Notes: generated by a model not told the origin, from the sequence alone. 64,000 nt of DNA from an uncultured Bacteroidales bacterium (GCA_964428185.1 CAYRXH010000002.1:19651-83650); one strand, 5' to 3'; counted from the first letter of the stretch, positions 49,401 through 56,967 are shown. Made by a program: numbers and translations.

Positions 49401-51219
49401 CTGCATTGGGGTTTGTTGTCCAGACTTTCAGTTCATTGTTGCCGTCGGCAAAGGTGGCAATTCCGATATTGATGTTGGCAGCGACCATATCTTCTGTAAG
49501 CCATCCGGTCCAGTTGAATGTTCCCTGAGGAACCCCGTTAACTGAATACTGAATATCAACAGCGGTAAGCGTATCAGAACCGAAATTCTTGAGAGTCACA
49601 TACACAGGAGTGGGAACACTAGTAATCTGCGTCCCTGTGGGGCCTGTGATGGCTGTAATGCCAGCATCAAGAGTGTAAACTGTTGCATCAATGAAGAATT
49701 TGGTATCTGGTCTGTATTTATAGGAGGCAATTGTTGCATTCAGCGCAGTAGCACCAGTAATAACTGTGGTTCCGGTCCTTGCAATAATTGAGGTTTCTGT
49801 TCCGCTTGAGTATTTCCAGTCAAATTTGTCGGTAGCATAAGGAGATGGTCCGGCAAAAGTTACATTGGTTGCCATTTCCAGGCTGCCTCCGGTGTAAACG
49901 AAAGGAGTTGTCAGGGTCACTTCGTGCCACCCTGATACAGCAGGCACCTGATGGTTTGCATTGCTGTATACCATTGTAAAATTATCCAGAACATACTGCC
50001 AGGTTGTTGTTGACAATGGCGGGACATTGGCTGTATTGGCTAAATAAATTGTAAAAGAAAGTGCATTTGCATTGGTTCCTCCGGCACCTGCTTTATCCCA
50101 GGCGAGTTTTGTAATGGTCATTCCCGGATATATTCCGGCTGCATTGAGCTCTGCAGCTGTCCAGACAACCACAGATGAAGCATTTGTTGTTGTAGAAGTG
50201 CTGCTGAATCTGTATATTGGACTATAAAGTGTGTTTCCCGGAATCAAGCCTTCAGTACCAACAATGGTCTCGGCAGCTGCCTTTTTGGTGTAATACCAAT
50301 AGGTTGATGTTGTTGTATTATTTGAAGCAGGTGGGTTATCAAAGGCTGAAACATACCAGTCAACATGAGTATTGAGAGGAACACTTGGAATAGATCCTTC
50401 ATAAATATCACCTGTTGTGTTTGTCATGACAATCGTGTCTGTAACGGCATTGACAGTATAAATAAGCAGTGCTTCGTCAATACCTGAAGCATCAGTGATT
50501 GTTGCTGAAACCATAAATGGTCCTGTTCCGGTGAGAGTGTCCTGGGGTATAGGTGCAATCAGCGAAATTGTCGGAGGGATAAGTTCATTTGGTGAACCGA
50601 TGATTTTTATATCATCCAGAAACCATCCGGCATGCAGGTTGGCTCCGTTTCCGTTACCGTCTTTCATGCGAAATTTAATTCTTACCTGTGACTGATTGGC
50701 CGCAATCGAAGACAGATCAAACTGTTCTTTCATCCACCAGCTGTTTGTTGGAACAGCTGGTGGTACTGAAGCCTCCCAAAGAGTGGGATAGGCTGTTGCT
50801 GTGAATTTGTCGCCACTGGTTGAGAACTGACTTCCGTTCAGATTGATATACTGAGTACTGGTCAGTTTGGTCCAGTTGGTACCGTTGTCAGTAGAAATAA
50901 AAATTTCTCCTGCATCGAAAAATTCGATTTTACAAATATGATAAAATTCCAGCAGCACAAAATTGTAACCCGTAAAATCCATCACATCAGTGATGACCCA
51001 TGATGAATCATTCAGGGCAATTGTGTTGATGTAGGAATTTGTGCCGCTCACCTGCAGAGTATTGTTGATTGACCATGCGGGAACGCCTCCGGGAGTAACG
51101 ACATAGGTGCCGCCCTCGAAATTTTCATTCAATACAGTTGTTTGTGAAAAAACACTGAATGAAAAAACGAAAATTAAAACCGGAAAAATGATGTGTCTGA
51201 AAAATGAAAATGATTTCAT
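40450..51219 (-). CDS. giant (3589 aa) T9SS-secreted cell-surface protein with duplicated CARDB-like + parallel beta-helix modules
   Basis: Single uninterrupted ORF with signal peptide MKSFSFFRHIIFPVLIFVFSFSVFSQ. Contains repeated NFGSDTLT / NYGSDTLT Ig-like (CARDB-type) domains and two ~555-aa modules rich in NNTINGGYYGI / NNMIGGGF turns (right-handed beta-helix type). Also has a lamin-tail-like segment and a C-terminal T9SS domain ...IPNPAADETTIGFTIPEAGQVVFTVTNILGETIY...AAGLYYYSITFDQKQLTRKMVKE. Confidence 0.9.
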   Translation of the reverse strand: MKSFSFFRHIIFPVLIFVFSFSVFSQTTVLNENFEGGTYVVTPGGVPAWSINNTLQVSGTNSYINTIALNDSSWVITDVMDFTGYNFVLLEFYHICKIEFFDAGEIFISTDNGTNWTKLTSTQYINLNGSQFSTSGDKFTATAYPTLWEASVPPAVPTNSWWMKEQFDLSSIAANQSQVRIKFRMKDGNGNGANLHAGWFLDDIKIIGSPNELIPPTISLIAPIPQDTLTGTGPFMVSATITDASGIDEALLIYTVNAVTDTIVMTNTTGDIYEGSIPSVPLNTHVDWYVSAFDNPPASNNTTTSTYWYYTKKAAAETIVGTEGLIPGNTLYSPIYRFSSTSTTTNASSVVVWTAAELNAAGIYPGMTITKLAWDKAGAGGTNANALSFTIYLANTANVPPLSTTTWQYVLDNFTMVYSNANHQVPAVSGWHEVTLTTPFVYTGGSLEMATNVTFAGPSPYATDKFDWKYSSGTETSIIARTGTTVITGATALNATIASYKYRPDTKFFIDATVYTLDAGITAITGPTGTQITSVPTPVYVTLKNFGSDTLTAVDIQYSVNGVPQGTFNWTGWLTEDMVAANINIGIATFADGNNELKVWTTNPNAGIDLNNNNDTSLVNLWACQSILSGTYTIDSSMVTGGTNFQSFDDAMMALTNCGVNGPVVFEVAADTFNTRLVFNGVFPGASSTNTITFRGTTGTMIQYTTTVSADRAAIYMNGAKYLRFDSLTVTIPNTSTYGWAFFMTNQTEYIEITNCTINVHSTSTLSDHSGIIASGSATSATTTGNSANNILIENNTINGGYYSISFNGASATPLTGIEILNNTLNNAYYYNVRNSYVNSSKIIGNFCDARTTGGTTLHYAIYVGYDYGNFDVNRNKIINAGTYGIYVISSTAPSGQSIIANNMIGGGFRAATPSGIYLSSGGNIGIYYNTVYVNIAGAGRSLYVVSGVTNLNIRNNSFGYYGGTTGYATNVQSTASVVAHNYNNYYSNGANFVYYGAARANLAALQAVNIPAGNDLNSYVGDPVFSSPLDLQPLGPQLDGKATPIAGITVDFFGNPRDPSTPDIGCVEYTPVAHDLGITNGELIRGLCLNNNDSLYLTISNIIGDTADFSIFPLQITWNVTGPVNTNGTITVSTGKLNPGADLILSDDGIDMSVPGTYTLNAFIEPSMLNFFTINDTLSPAFSIVVPAYTFNASPDSFTVMLPGETVDLSVTSNMFPSSSVFITEVCQYAGSSTGAPSGGWPSYLIADDYIEITGSPNTDISGYTLEIWSSSALAGAQILAPGTVLSPNGICIIATGQLGSSVPSPANFYYHSGHTATLSSTIPQGYVIKDTEGDIVDAVVYGNMTFPVAAGITPDIWTGTTPAVSSAGNRLEGPYTNDATNWINSGTSPQNPNILNNNVTPPAPASLSGFDWSLEGIITSVNNTDTVVGTWTVNGQYDYVATFTNTCGTFTDTVFITVNIPPYNLSVIDITSPDDELCHNGEDEFVTINITNTGIDTVFAFNASYTVDGGTPVNEVVTLTIPTYDTASFTFTTPLNFGLITSDTTFVLNTFVNISGDPYHDNDSLQITKTFRFVPDTPVVQDDYINYGYPAELIASSNSTIYWFPDSLSQASIHQGDTLNTPPLFVTTTYWAESSNSTLQNIGLPAALPTATSGTGTTNFGIVFDVFSPTLLKSVTVYPVSATSASGTVTIDIIDGTGTVLHTTTANVTGGPAGTPSPHVIQLDFNLQIGTNLKMRPAFTGISGLLFEPSASAPSGNYGYPFSIPGIITLNTSTLTAHPTNTPRNDLYYYFYNWEVGAPGCSSERVPVTAHVTLPQYEPSIVEVVNPLNEDCSSDANEVSIRFTNLGTDTIMSGLTASYQIDSGTPVTENVTITVAPGDTADYTFATTFDLNLTTGDTTITITAWVEHPGDWYQLNDTTSKSATLGFIAPLPLVENDTIPYATQATLTASSTYMLKWYDSPTSDVVIDTGAVYVTPILYANTPYYVGASEGTFVEDSLEISYAMGNGCGGGNMFNLTAIDGDIKITGMKILPNSSDAALPVSIYYKTGTYLGSELTPGNWTLLGTYTVNATIDVPVYFQCDDLILPNEQLMGIYVQYNANYTNVTSTTVVANSTLSFESGIGLCSPFGGTNNLRMFNGEFFYESVAGGCESDRAEVWAIIDTTSIPNLDAGVVSIDEPFDPANLQANDVKVTIQNYGSDTLTAVEIHWTVNGLAQTPYNWTGILATGETATDITIGSTTFLLGNNEIIAWTESPNGGTDLININDTAYYQLEAYEPLCGVYHIGGTNPDFTTFNEAVNGLQNWGISCPVTFIVEQGTYYEQVRLNDIPGTDATNTITFVGNGNAVLSYGPSVNAERYVLKLDSAKHMRFENLTIEAEANATYGWAVHLMNGCEDIQFTNCTLNTNTTASSTNYAGFVASGSATSATTGGNAVTDLLLDGNTINGGYYGIILYGLSASRMQDVEIINNTLKDQYYYSIYVLQLDQAKVNSNIVIGRTLPTTTTSSYGIYHSNIAPPFEINKNKITNVGAYGIYVTATSAIPTTIPSTISNNMIGGGFTSTASTATGLYITTVEKVNVWYNSINMNGITGRATYINSTATQTDFRNNSLAFTGTGAGYAHYSVGTTNYLAHDYNNYYSTGTNFVYYGAARADLTALQSVNAPAGNDLNSQVGNPFYYSPTDLHASTTQLWASGTPIIEISDDFDGDLRDPVAPAIGADEYTPASIDAAVVQGISPIAGCGLSNAEIITVRVKNLGLDTIFSMNVSYSINGGTPVSEVWSDTLVVGDVTDYAFTQTADLSAPGVYEIYFEVDLAGDGIAFNDTLTYTIKSGHDFYSSDYFMGFEVGEDYSQWTVLDLNSDARTWEPGYNSTTFAHTGSKSARFYNGSTNPGNDYLFSECFYLEAGTAYKIDFWYRAESATYAQNTDLVVATDPINTAVIDTLLQLQLFTNTTHQLATAIYTPTTSGIYYFGWYAYSPAANWYSYIDDINIRILAPLDAGAVSIDNVDAMEDGGSAINMQITIKNYGSSTLTSVPVSYTINGGIPVTETWTGSIAADEEDIYTFTTPFTVPDGDYTICVRTDLAGDGIPGNNEICENRYGLPVLSVPYFDDFESTNYWYIAGTNNQWQLGIPSATVIDSAYSPVNAWATLLNGNYNNNSNYYLYTPKFNFSNVNNMALGFWHWLDTENGVDGGKIQYSTNGGSTWLTLGVLNDPTGTNWYNTANIASAPGFSGSSAGWQYSEISLSAFDYFPLPVQFRFHFFSNASVTYNGWAVDDFTIYQPQIPNDAGVIAIEAPVGQSATGAQNQVTVRLKNFGTQTLTSIPVTYRLMTGAPPVNGTWTGSLAPDAETSFTFPTTFTGPFQSVYDLCSWTNLSGDTYDFNDTTCVTLNAGPANIDGGVISIISPSGFTWAGQNVTVTIRVKNHGLQTLNSVPVQFLIDGVPQTTELITTPLAPGAETDYTFVTTFTSPSADYQLCAKTAIAGDAITTNDQFCQGMIIGVEELSLDGIILMQNIPNPAADETTIGFTIPEAGQVVFTVTNILGETIYSESADYATGQHAILLNTRSMAAGLYYYSITFDQKQLTRKMVKE

Positions 51220-51246
51220 ATTAATAAATTATTAGGGCTGAACCTA

Positions 51247-51254
51247 CAAAATTA
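51247..51254 (-). promoter_or_regulatory. candidate -7 box TAATTTTG for the giant gene
   Basis: Exact TAnnTTTG match on the minus strand, 28 nt upstream of the ATG. Confidence 0.45.
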
Positions 51255-51436
51255 TAAAAATTTTGGAATCATCAAAGAAAAAAATATTAACAAATTGTAA
51301 ATTAACAAAATAATAATGTGAAATTTAGACAAACGAAAGCACAGGTCTGATGAAACATGCAATATCAATGAATGCGATTATATAAATAAATACATATTTT
51401 AAATGTTTAAAAACAACAGCGTGTTAAAAATTAACA

Positions 51437-52282
51437 TTATGCTTGAAGAAGTTTTTCGTAATTGTACTTTTTTCGTGCTGACTTTAACAGGAGATAATCT
51501 ATTGCAAATACAATGGCTGAAATGACGACTATCAGAATTTCATTGAGAAGAAACAAGCCTGATGCCTGGCCGATAACGATCAGAATGACAGGAATAACAA
51601 CAAAAACAACATTCTGTTGGGGCTCCTGAAAACTTTTTGCTTTGGCTGATGTTTTTACAATGATGGTCAATCCCAGAATCAGAATTGCCGGACACAAAAG
51701 AAATATCACAAGGATCCATTTAAGAGACGGAAAAACCAGATGTCCGAAGTGCAGCATTCCTCCGATATTGAGAATGATACCAATGATGACGAATCCGGCA
51801 AGTGTAAGAACAAACGCAGGAATAAAAGTACCGGCCACTTTCGCTTTGAAAAGGTCGGAAATTGAAATCGGGCAGTAGAATAATGATTCAAGCGTGTTTT
51901 TTTCTTTCTCAATCACAAAACAACCGGCTCCGATCAGACTGCTCATCATCAGAGGTACAAGCAGAAAGATGGGAGGAAGGTAGTATTCTGAAAAAATCAG
52001 AATTAACAGTTGGGCGCTATCTTTTTCAGGAAGATGAAGTTTCATCATTTCTGCCATTTCAGCAATCTCATCTGTATCAAACGAATCGGCAAAGGAAGCC
52101 AGAATGACCAAAGCAAGGGGCATAATGACCATGAAGATTGCGGGAACAATAAGCAGAGGAAGCAGGATTTGTTTGTTGCCAAGACTTTCCTTAAGGTCCT
52201 TGCGGATAATCGCTTTTGTCTGTTTGTTGAACAATTTAATTATGACTTTCTGAATTTTGATATGGGTAATAAAGGTCTTCAA
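51437..52282 (-). CDS. ABC-2 type transporter permease
   Basis: 281 aa with about six TM helices, downstream of and overlapping the ABC ATPase remnant. Confidence 0.7.
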   Translation of the reverse strand: MKTFITHIKIQKVIIKLFNKQTKAIIRKDLKESLGNKQILLPLLIVPAIFMVIMPLALVILASFADSFDTDEIAEMAEMMKLHLPEKDSAQLLILIFSEYYLPPIFLLVPLMMSSLIGAGCFVIEKEKNTLESLFYCPISISDLFKAKVAGTFIPAFVLTLAGFVIIGIILNIGGMLHFGHLVFPSLKWILVIFLLCPAILILGLTIIVKTSAKAKSFQEPQQNVVFVVIPVILIVIGQASGLFLLNEILIVVISAIVFAIDYLLLKSARKKYNYEKLLQA

Positions 52283-53128
52283 GATTTGGTCTTATGCGCC
52301 GTGCTTCATAGACTTCCTGACCTTTTTCAACCAAACTACGAATAATTAAAGCTGCCTGTCTGTCGTCCTGAATAATATGTTGTTCTGTAATCATGTGTTC
52401 AGGTTTTGCTGCAGACGAAAATCTGATTTCCAGTGTTTCCTCAAGTTCTGATTTTTTCAGCAAGTCATCAAACGTCCCCGATATGATCAGATGCCCGCTT
52501 CTTAAAATCCGTAATGTGTGCATATCTTCTCAATTTATCTGAGCTGATGAGAGCATAAAAACACAGTTTTCTGCTCTTCTTCGGCCAGTGTTTTAATGAG
52601 ATCAAGAACGTCTTTGGCAGACTCGGGATCAAGGGCAGCTGTGGGCTCATCAAGGAATAAAATGTCAGGATCATGCAACATGGCAATGGCAAGAGACAAC
52701 TTTTTCTTCATTCCTGAACTGTATGTCCGTGCTTTTCTGTCTGCTGCATCTATAAGTCCCAGATATTCAAACAAATAATCACTTCTTTCAGAAATGGTTA
52801 GCTCAGACATCAGGTGCAAGTCCCTAAAGAAACGGAGGTTTTCAATTCCACTCAGGTTTTCATACAGAGCAGCGTTTTCTGTCATTACACCGCACACAGA
52901 ATGAATGTCTGTACCCATTTCTTCCAGTGACTTCCCGCTGATTCTGATCTGGCCATTGTCGGGTTTCAGAATTCCGTTCATCAACCTGATGCAGGTAGTT
53001 TTCCCTGAGCCGTTCGGACCAAGATATCCGAATACCGATCCTCGAGGAATATGAAAACTGATATCATTCACAGCTTTTATTCCCCCGAGGAATGTTTTAC
53101 TTAGATGGTCAACATCAATAACTGACAT
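52236..53128 (-). pseudogene. ABC transporter ATP-binding protein, disrupted (in-frame TAA at 52535-52537 plus a 1-nt frameshift about 20 nt later)
   Basis: Walker A GPNGSGKTT, signature YSSGMKKKLS, Walker B ILFLDEPTAALD and H-loop CSHQLR, followed by TAA. The same frame continues IEKICTH, then the sense frame shifts to ...TLRILRSGHLIISGTFDDLL (ORF 52236-52523). Confidence 0.75.
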
Positions 53129-53209
53129 TGCTTTCGTTTTGTGTTACTCAGGCAAAAATATGAAAAAACATCATTCCATACTTCACGCTTGTTTTATTAT
53201 TTTTGCAGG

Positions 53210-53950
53210 ATGTCAGATCATCCTGAAATTATTCTGATTGAAACAACAACATCAACCAATCTGGCTATGGCTGAGATGGTGATGCATCGTATTCCTGAAA
53301 ACTATACTGTCATCAGGGCAGTGAATCAAACCCAAGGCAAAGGACAGGGAACTCGCAACTGGATTTCACAGGAAGGAAAAAATCTGACTTTGTCCATGTA
53401 TATCAATGTGTCCGGTCTTGATCCTTCAGCATTATTTGTTATTAATAAATGTGTTGCAATTTCGGTGGGCGAGTTTGCAAAGCAGTATTTATCCGGAGGG
53501 ACGATTTCTGTCAAATGGCCCAATGATATTATGGTTGAACACAAAAAACTGGCAGGAATTCTAATCGAAAATATATTTCTCAATGATCAGATTCATTGCA
53601 TTGCAGGAATAGGGATCAATGTGAATCAGGAAGTTTTCCCGGCCATGGAGAGAACTCCGGTGTCGTTCCGACTCATCACCGGACAAATCTATGATCTTGA
53701 TGAACTGACACTTATATTGTCTTCAATTCTTAGACAAAACATCAGCAAAGTATTATCCGGAAGCACTGATTTTGTAAACAAAGCCTATGATGATGTTCTC
53801 TGGAAAAAGAATGAAATGATTCATTGCTCAATTCAAGGAAATCCATACACAGGGAAGATTCTGGGTGTTGATACTACCGGAAGTTTGCAGTTTCAGATTG
53901 CGCACAACAATGACATCCTGCTTCTCGAACATGGAGAAATTCAATTTTAA
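53210..53950 (+). CDS. birA: biotin--[acetyl-CoA-carboxylase] ligase (group I, no HTH domain)
   Basis: ...NQTQGKGQGTRNWIS..., KWPNDIMVEHKKLAGILIE. The ATG at 53210 (MSDHPEIILIETTTSTN) is preferred over the track start at 53141. Confidence 0.85.
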   Translation: MSDHPEIILIETTTSTNLAMAEMVMHRIPENYTVIRAVNQTQGKGQGTRNWISQEGKNLTLSMYINVSGLDPSALFVINKCVAISVGEFAKQYLSGGTISVKWPNDIMVEHKKLAGILIENIFLNDQIHCIAGIGINVNQEVFPAMERTPVSFRLITGQIYDLDELTLILSSILRQNISKVLSGSTDFVNKAYDDVLWKKNEMIHCSIQGNPYTGKILGVDTTGSLQFQIAHNNDILLLEHGEIQF

Positions 53951-53991
53951 TGGGAATTTCGGTCTAATATTCCCGCTCTCTGCTCTCTTTC

Positions 53992-55569
53992 TCACTCTAT
54001 CTTCAATTCGTCCCAGTAGCCTCCGTCATAGATCATAACCCAGGGATGTTTTTCATAGAATTCCTCAAGGTCATGACTGTCAAAGATAACCACAGGCCGC
54101 CCGCTTTGTTTCAGGATGTCCATTTCCCGGTCGTGAGGAATGCCATTGTATGCAACATGATCAGTGTAAAACATCATTTGCGCATGATCATATTCCCTCA
54201 GATTGATAAACACTGTTTCCTTTGGAAAATTCATGTCATCAATGGTTCTGAAAACATCAGATCCCCTCATCCATTCAAGCCGGACATAGCATTGCTCAGC
54301 TTTCCAGCATGTGTGAAGTTTTTTAATATGATCCACATTGAGAAACCAAAACATTGAAGTTGTCAGAAGTGCAATTGCTGATACTTTGCCTGCATACAAC
54401 ACTTTTTTATATCTGATTCTGAACAGTAGAAACACTTTGTAGATGAGCGTTCCCATGCCCAGATAGACAACAAAGAGTCCGGGCAATGTAAATGCAGGCA
54501 TTTTGGTTTCGGCAATGCTGTAAAAAACAAATATGATTGAAAAGAACAGAATCATTCCAAGCCTCACTCTTTTATCTCTGATATTTTTCCATAGAAGTAT
54601 CAGTGCAGGGATAATCAAAAATTTCATTCCTGCAGCATAGATTGTATTCAGTTTATTGAAGTGCCAGAGCAGACCCCCGAAATGACCTTCAACAGGTTCC
54701 CAAAAGTGCCGGGCCTTTTCCAGGGCTTCAAATGCGTGTTCTGCAGGAAACTTAATCCGGCTGTATATTTCCCAGGGAAGGAATGAAACAAGAGAAACAA
54801 CAAATGAAATACTTATATCAACATACGACATTATTCGTTTCCGCATCTGACGGTCTGAAAGAACGACAATGCCCCATACTGCGAAAATAATCAGTCCTGT
54901 CAGCCACTTGGTCATCACGGCAGCCCCGACAGAAAGGCCTATGATCAGTATCCAGTAACAGGTCCTTTTATCCAGATATCTTGTCCATGCCCAGAAGGAC
55001 AGGGTGACATAGAAGATAAACACTGTGTCATTCTGCTCCGAATGATGATAGCCCGACACAAGATCAAGAATATATGATGAAAAAGTATATAGCAGAGCAG
55101 CATAAAATGCAATGTGTTTGTTGAGCCATCGCCGTCCCAGTGACCAGATCAGAAGAACTGTAAGCAGCGACATGAGTGCTCCGGGGAATCTGAGACCAAA
55201 CTCATTTACTCCGAAAATTTTCATGCTCAGTGCCATCTGCCAGAGGAACAGGGGTGGCTTGTGCAACCAGACGTGATTGTAATTCCATTCTTCCATGATA
55301 TAAGGAAGAACCGGATCCTTGTAGAGCATGGGTTTGAAGGGCTCTTCCATCATATTTTTGGCAACCACGGCATGATAGCGTTCGTCCCACAAATTCAGAT
55401 ACGGGTCGTAAGTAGTTATTGCGAAACGGATGAGACCTGCAGCAACGAGAAGGACAATCAGGGCAGCTTTGTATTTTCTGAACCCATGCCACAGCAACAC
55501 AGCAGCAAAGCCCAGTGCCGCCGAGCCAAACAAAGTGAGCATCTGAAATAAGGTATATTCTTTGTCCAC
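53992..55569 (-). CDS. glycosyltransferase family 39 (ArnT/PMT-like) membrane protein
   Basis: 525 aa with more than 10 TM helices. N-terminal loop YDPYLNLWDERYHAVVAKNM, then ...LRFPGALMSLLTVLLIWSLGRRW..., typical of undecaprenyl/dolichyl-phosphate-sugar transferases. Confidence 0.75.
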   Translation of the reverse strand: MDKEYTLFQMLTLFGSAALGFAAVLLWHGFRKYKAALIVLLVAAGLIRFAITTYDPYLNLWDERYHAVVAKNMMEEPFKPMLYKDPVLPYIMEEWNYNHVWLHKPPLFLWQMALSMKIFGVNEFGLRFPGALMSLLTVLLIWSLGRRWLNKHIAFYAALLYTFSSYILDLVSGYHHSEQNDTVFIFYVTLSFWAWTRYLDKRTCYWILIIGLSVGAAVMTKWLTGLIIFAVWGIVVLSDRQMRKRIMSYVDISISFVVSLVSFLPWEIYSRIKFPAEHAFEALEKARHFWEPVEGHFGGLLWHFNKLNTIYAAGMKFLIIPALILLWKNIRDKRVRLGMILFFSIIFVFYSIAETKMPAFTLPGLFVVYLGMGTLIYKVFLLFRIRYKKVLYAGKVSAIALLTTSMFWFLNVDHIKKLHTCWKAEQCYVRLEWMRGSDVFRTIDDMNFPKETVFINLREYDHAQMMFYTDHVAYNGIPHDREMDILKQSGRPVVIFDSHDLEEFYEKHPWVMIYDGGYWDELKIE

Positions 55570-55667
55570 CTGAACAGGAATGAAAGTTCAAAAGTAATCA
55601 AAAAAAGAAATGCAATACCTTTCGTGAGGCTGAAAAAGAATTCTCATAATTATTCACGGATACATTT

Positions 55668-56243
55668 TCATGAAAAAACGTTTTCAGCACTCAGGTAACT
55701 GACCCACACGTTTTTGTATGAATTGATGAAATATAAACCCCAGACGCTGAGACCTTCATCGGGGTCAGAACTGAACTACTGCCCGTATTCACTAAGATCC
55801 ATGAATTCACCTTTGCTGGTTCGTAAGCCTGAGGCAATTGCATCAAACCCACTGCTGCTTTGCTCTTTGAGTGCTTCATAACCAACTTTATTTACATCGC
55901 CAGCTTCTGCATCTGGGCACCCGTCACCCGTGACAAAATCTATGAGTATTTCAAAATCATTCTTTGACGTGAGTCGCCAGCCTTCGGGACACACATTGAG
56001 CGAAGTTTTCCAATCATAAAGATATCCATGCACAGGAAGCAGAGATTCATCATTATTATACATACTGCAATTGCCGTTTTCAACTTTGTAGGCCATGTTT
56101 GTTTCCTTCCAGATCTAATTTCAGATCTGAACAACAGGATAGGTTTTGCCGTCACTATTGTCGGTTAAAGTATTGTCAGTTTGACAAAAGATATTACCTG
56201 AGAAGATTGTAAGCAGGACAGTAATGAATAATGTTTGTTTCAT
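55668..56243 (-). pseudogene. FISUMP (Fibrobacter succinogenes major paralogous, TIGR02145-type) domain lipoprotein-like gene with three in-frame stops
   Basis: One frame from the ATG at 56243 reads MKQTLFITVLLTIFSGNIFCQ..DGKTYPVVQI(TGA)N(TAG)IWKETNMAY...GYLYDWKTSLNVCPEGWRLTSKNDFEIL...EYGQ(TAG)FSSDPDEG... Confidence 0.8.
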
Positions 56244-56254
56244 ATGTTTTAAAT

Positions 56255-56820
56255 TTAGTTTTTCACACAACCTACAGACAATCTCAGCACTTTCAGATTG
56301 GAGACGGTCTCAATTTTACCGAAGCCTTTTTGAAACCATGATGTAATAGGCCATCTCTGAGTCAAATTCATTATGAGTCAAGTAATTGCCGTATTCATTC
56401 AGGTTTTTGAACAGACCTTTTGGTGAACGCCATCCTCACAACTGAGCATCGAAACCGGATTTGCCACAGGGCATCAGATCTTCAAAATAGGCAGTGCCAT
56501 AACCACAGAATTGATTCACAAGAATCTCAAACTCATCGGGCGAGGGCAGATGTCAGCCATCAGGATAGGCATTGATCGCGGTATTCCAGTTGTATAAGTA
56601 CCCATATTTGTCGCCTTTGTTTTCGTTCATGTCGTAGGGTCAGTTTCCGTCACCATCATCAATCCATGCCAGATTCTAGTACATCCACTCCTGACAGCCG
56701 ATCTGAACGGTTTTTTTATGTCTTCCCGTCTCTTTTGTCTTTCATGGTTCCGGTGGTCTGTGAAAACGAGCTTGTGCCCGTAATAATCACTACTAGGAAG
56801 AACATAACTCCTGCCTTCAT
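56255..56820 (-). pseudogene. second FISUMP-domain paralog, heavily degraded (3 TGA, 1 TAG, TAA/frameshift lesions)
   Basis: MKAGVMFFLVVIITGTSSFSQ..RDGKT, with a lesion in the A7 run. It continues TVQIGCQEWMY(TAG)NLAWIDDGDGN(TGA)PYD...YLYNWNTAINAYPDG(TGA)HLPSPDEFEIL...FDAQL(TGA)GWRSPKG.... A further frameshift precedes the family-typical end LSVGCVKN. Confidence 0.8.
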
Positions 56821-56959
56821 TATATTACAATTGAATTAGAAATGGCTGATTCAAAGAAAAAGAATTATTATTCAACGAAAAATATAAAATATTTGTTTTA
56901 ATAAGATCATATACTTTGTATTTTTTTCTGAAAATAAAATCATAACAATGGAAATTGCC

Positions 56960-56967
56960 TAATTTTG
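56960..56967 (+). promoter_or_regulatory. candidate -7 box TAATTTTG for corA
   Basis: Exact TAnnTTTG match 17 nt upstream of the ATG. Confidence 0.4.

Noticed and set aside
55668-56820. Stop-codon reassignment (TGA as Trp or Gly, TAG as Gln), as in recoded phages or code 4/25 organisms, to explain the in-frame stops in the FISUMP, SGNH, KamA and ABC genes.
   Set aside because: TGA and TAG end intact conserved genes at their expected C-termini. TAG ends rpoB, rplK and aor. TGA ends the CDF transporter (reading through would add dozens of codons), the C-terminal tkt subunit and the thiF-like gene. No in-frame stops occur in about 45 kb of intact coding sequence. In the paralog alignment TGA corresponds to Trp at one site and Gly at another. 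No suppressor tRNA is present among the eight tRNAs here.
55668-56820. Diversity-generating retroelement (template/variable repeat pair) acting on the two lectin-fold-like FISUMP genes.
   Set aside because: No reverse transcriptase gene lies in or near the locus. The two copies are diverged full-length paralogs rather than a ~100-150-nt TR/VR pair. The differences are not restricted to adenine positions.
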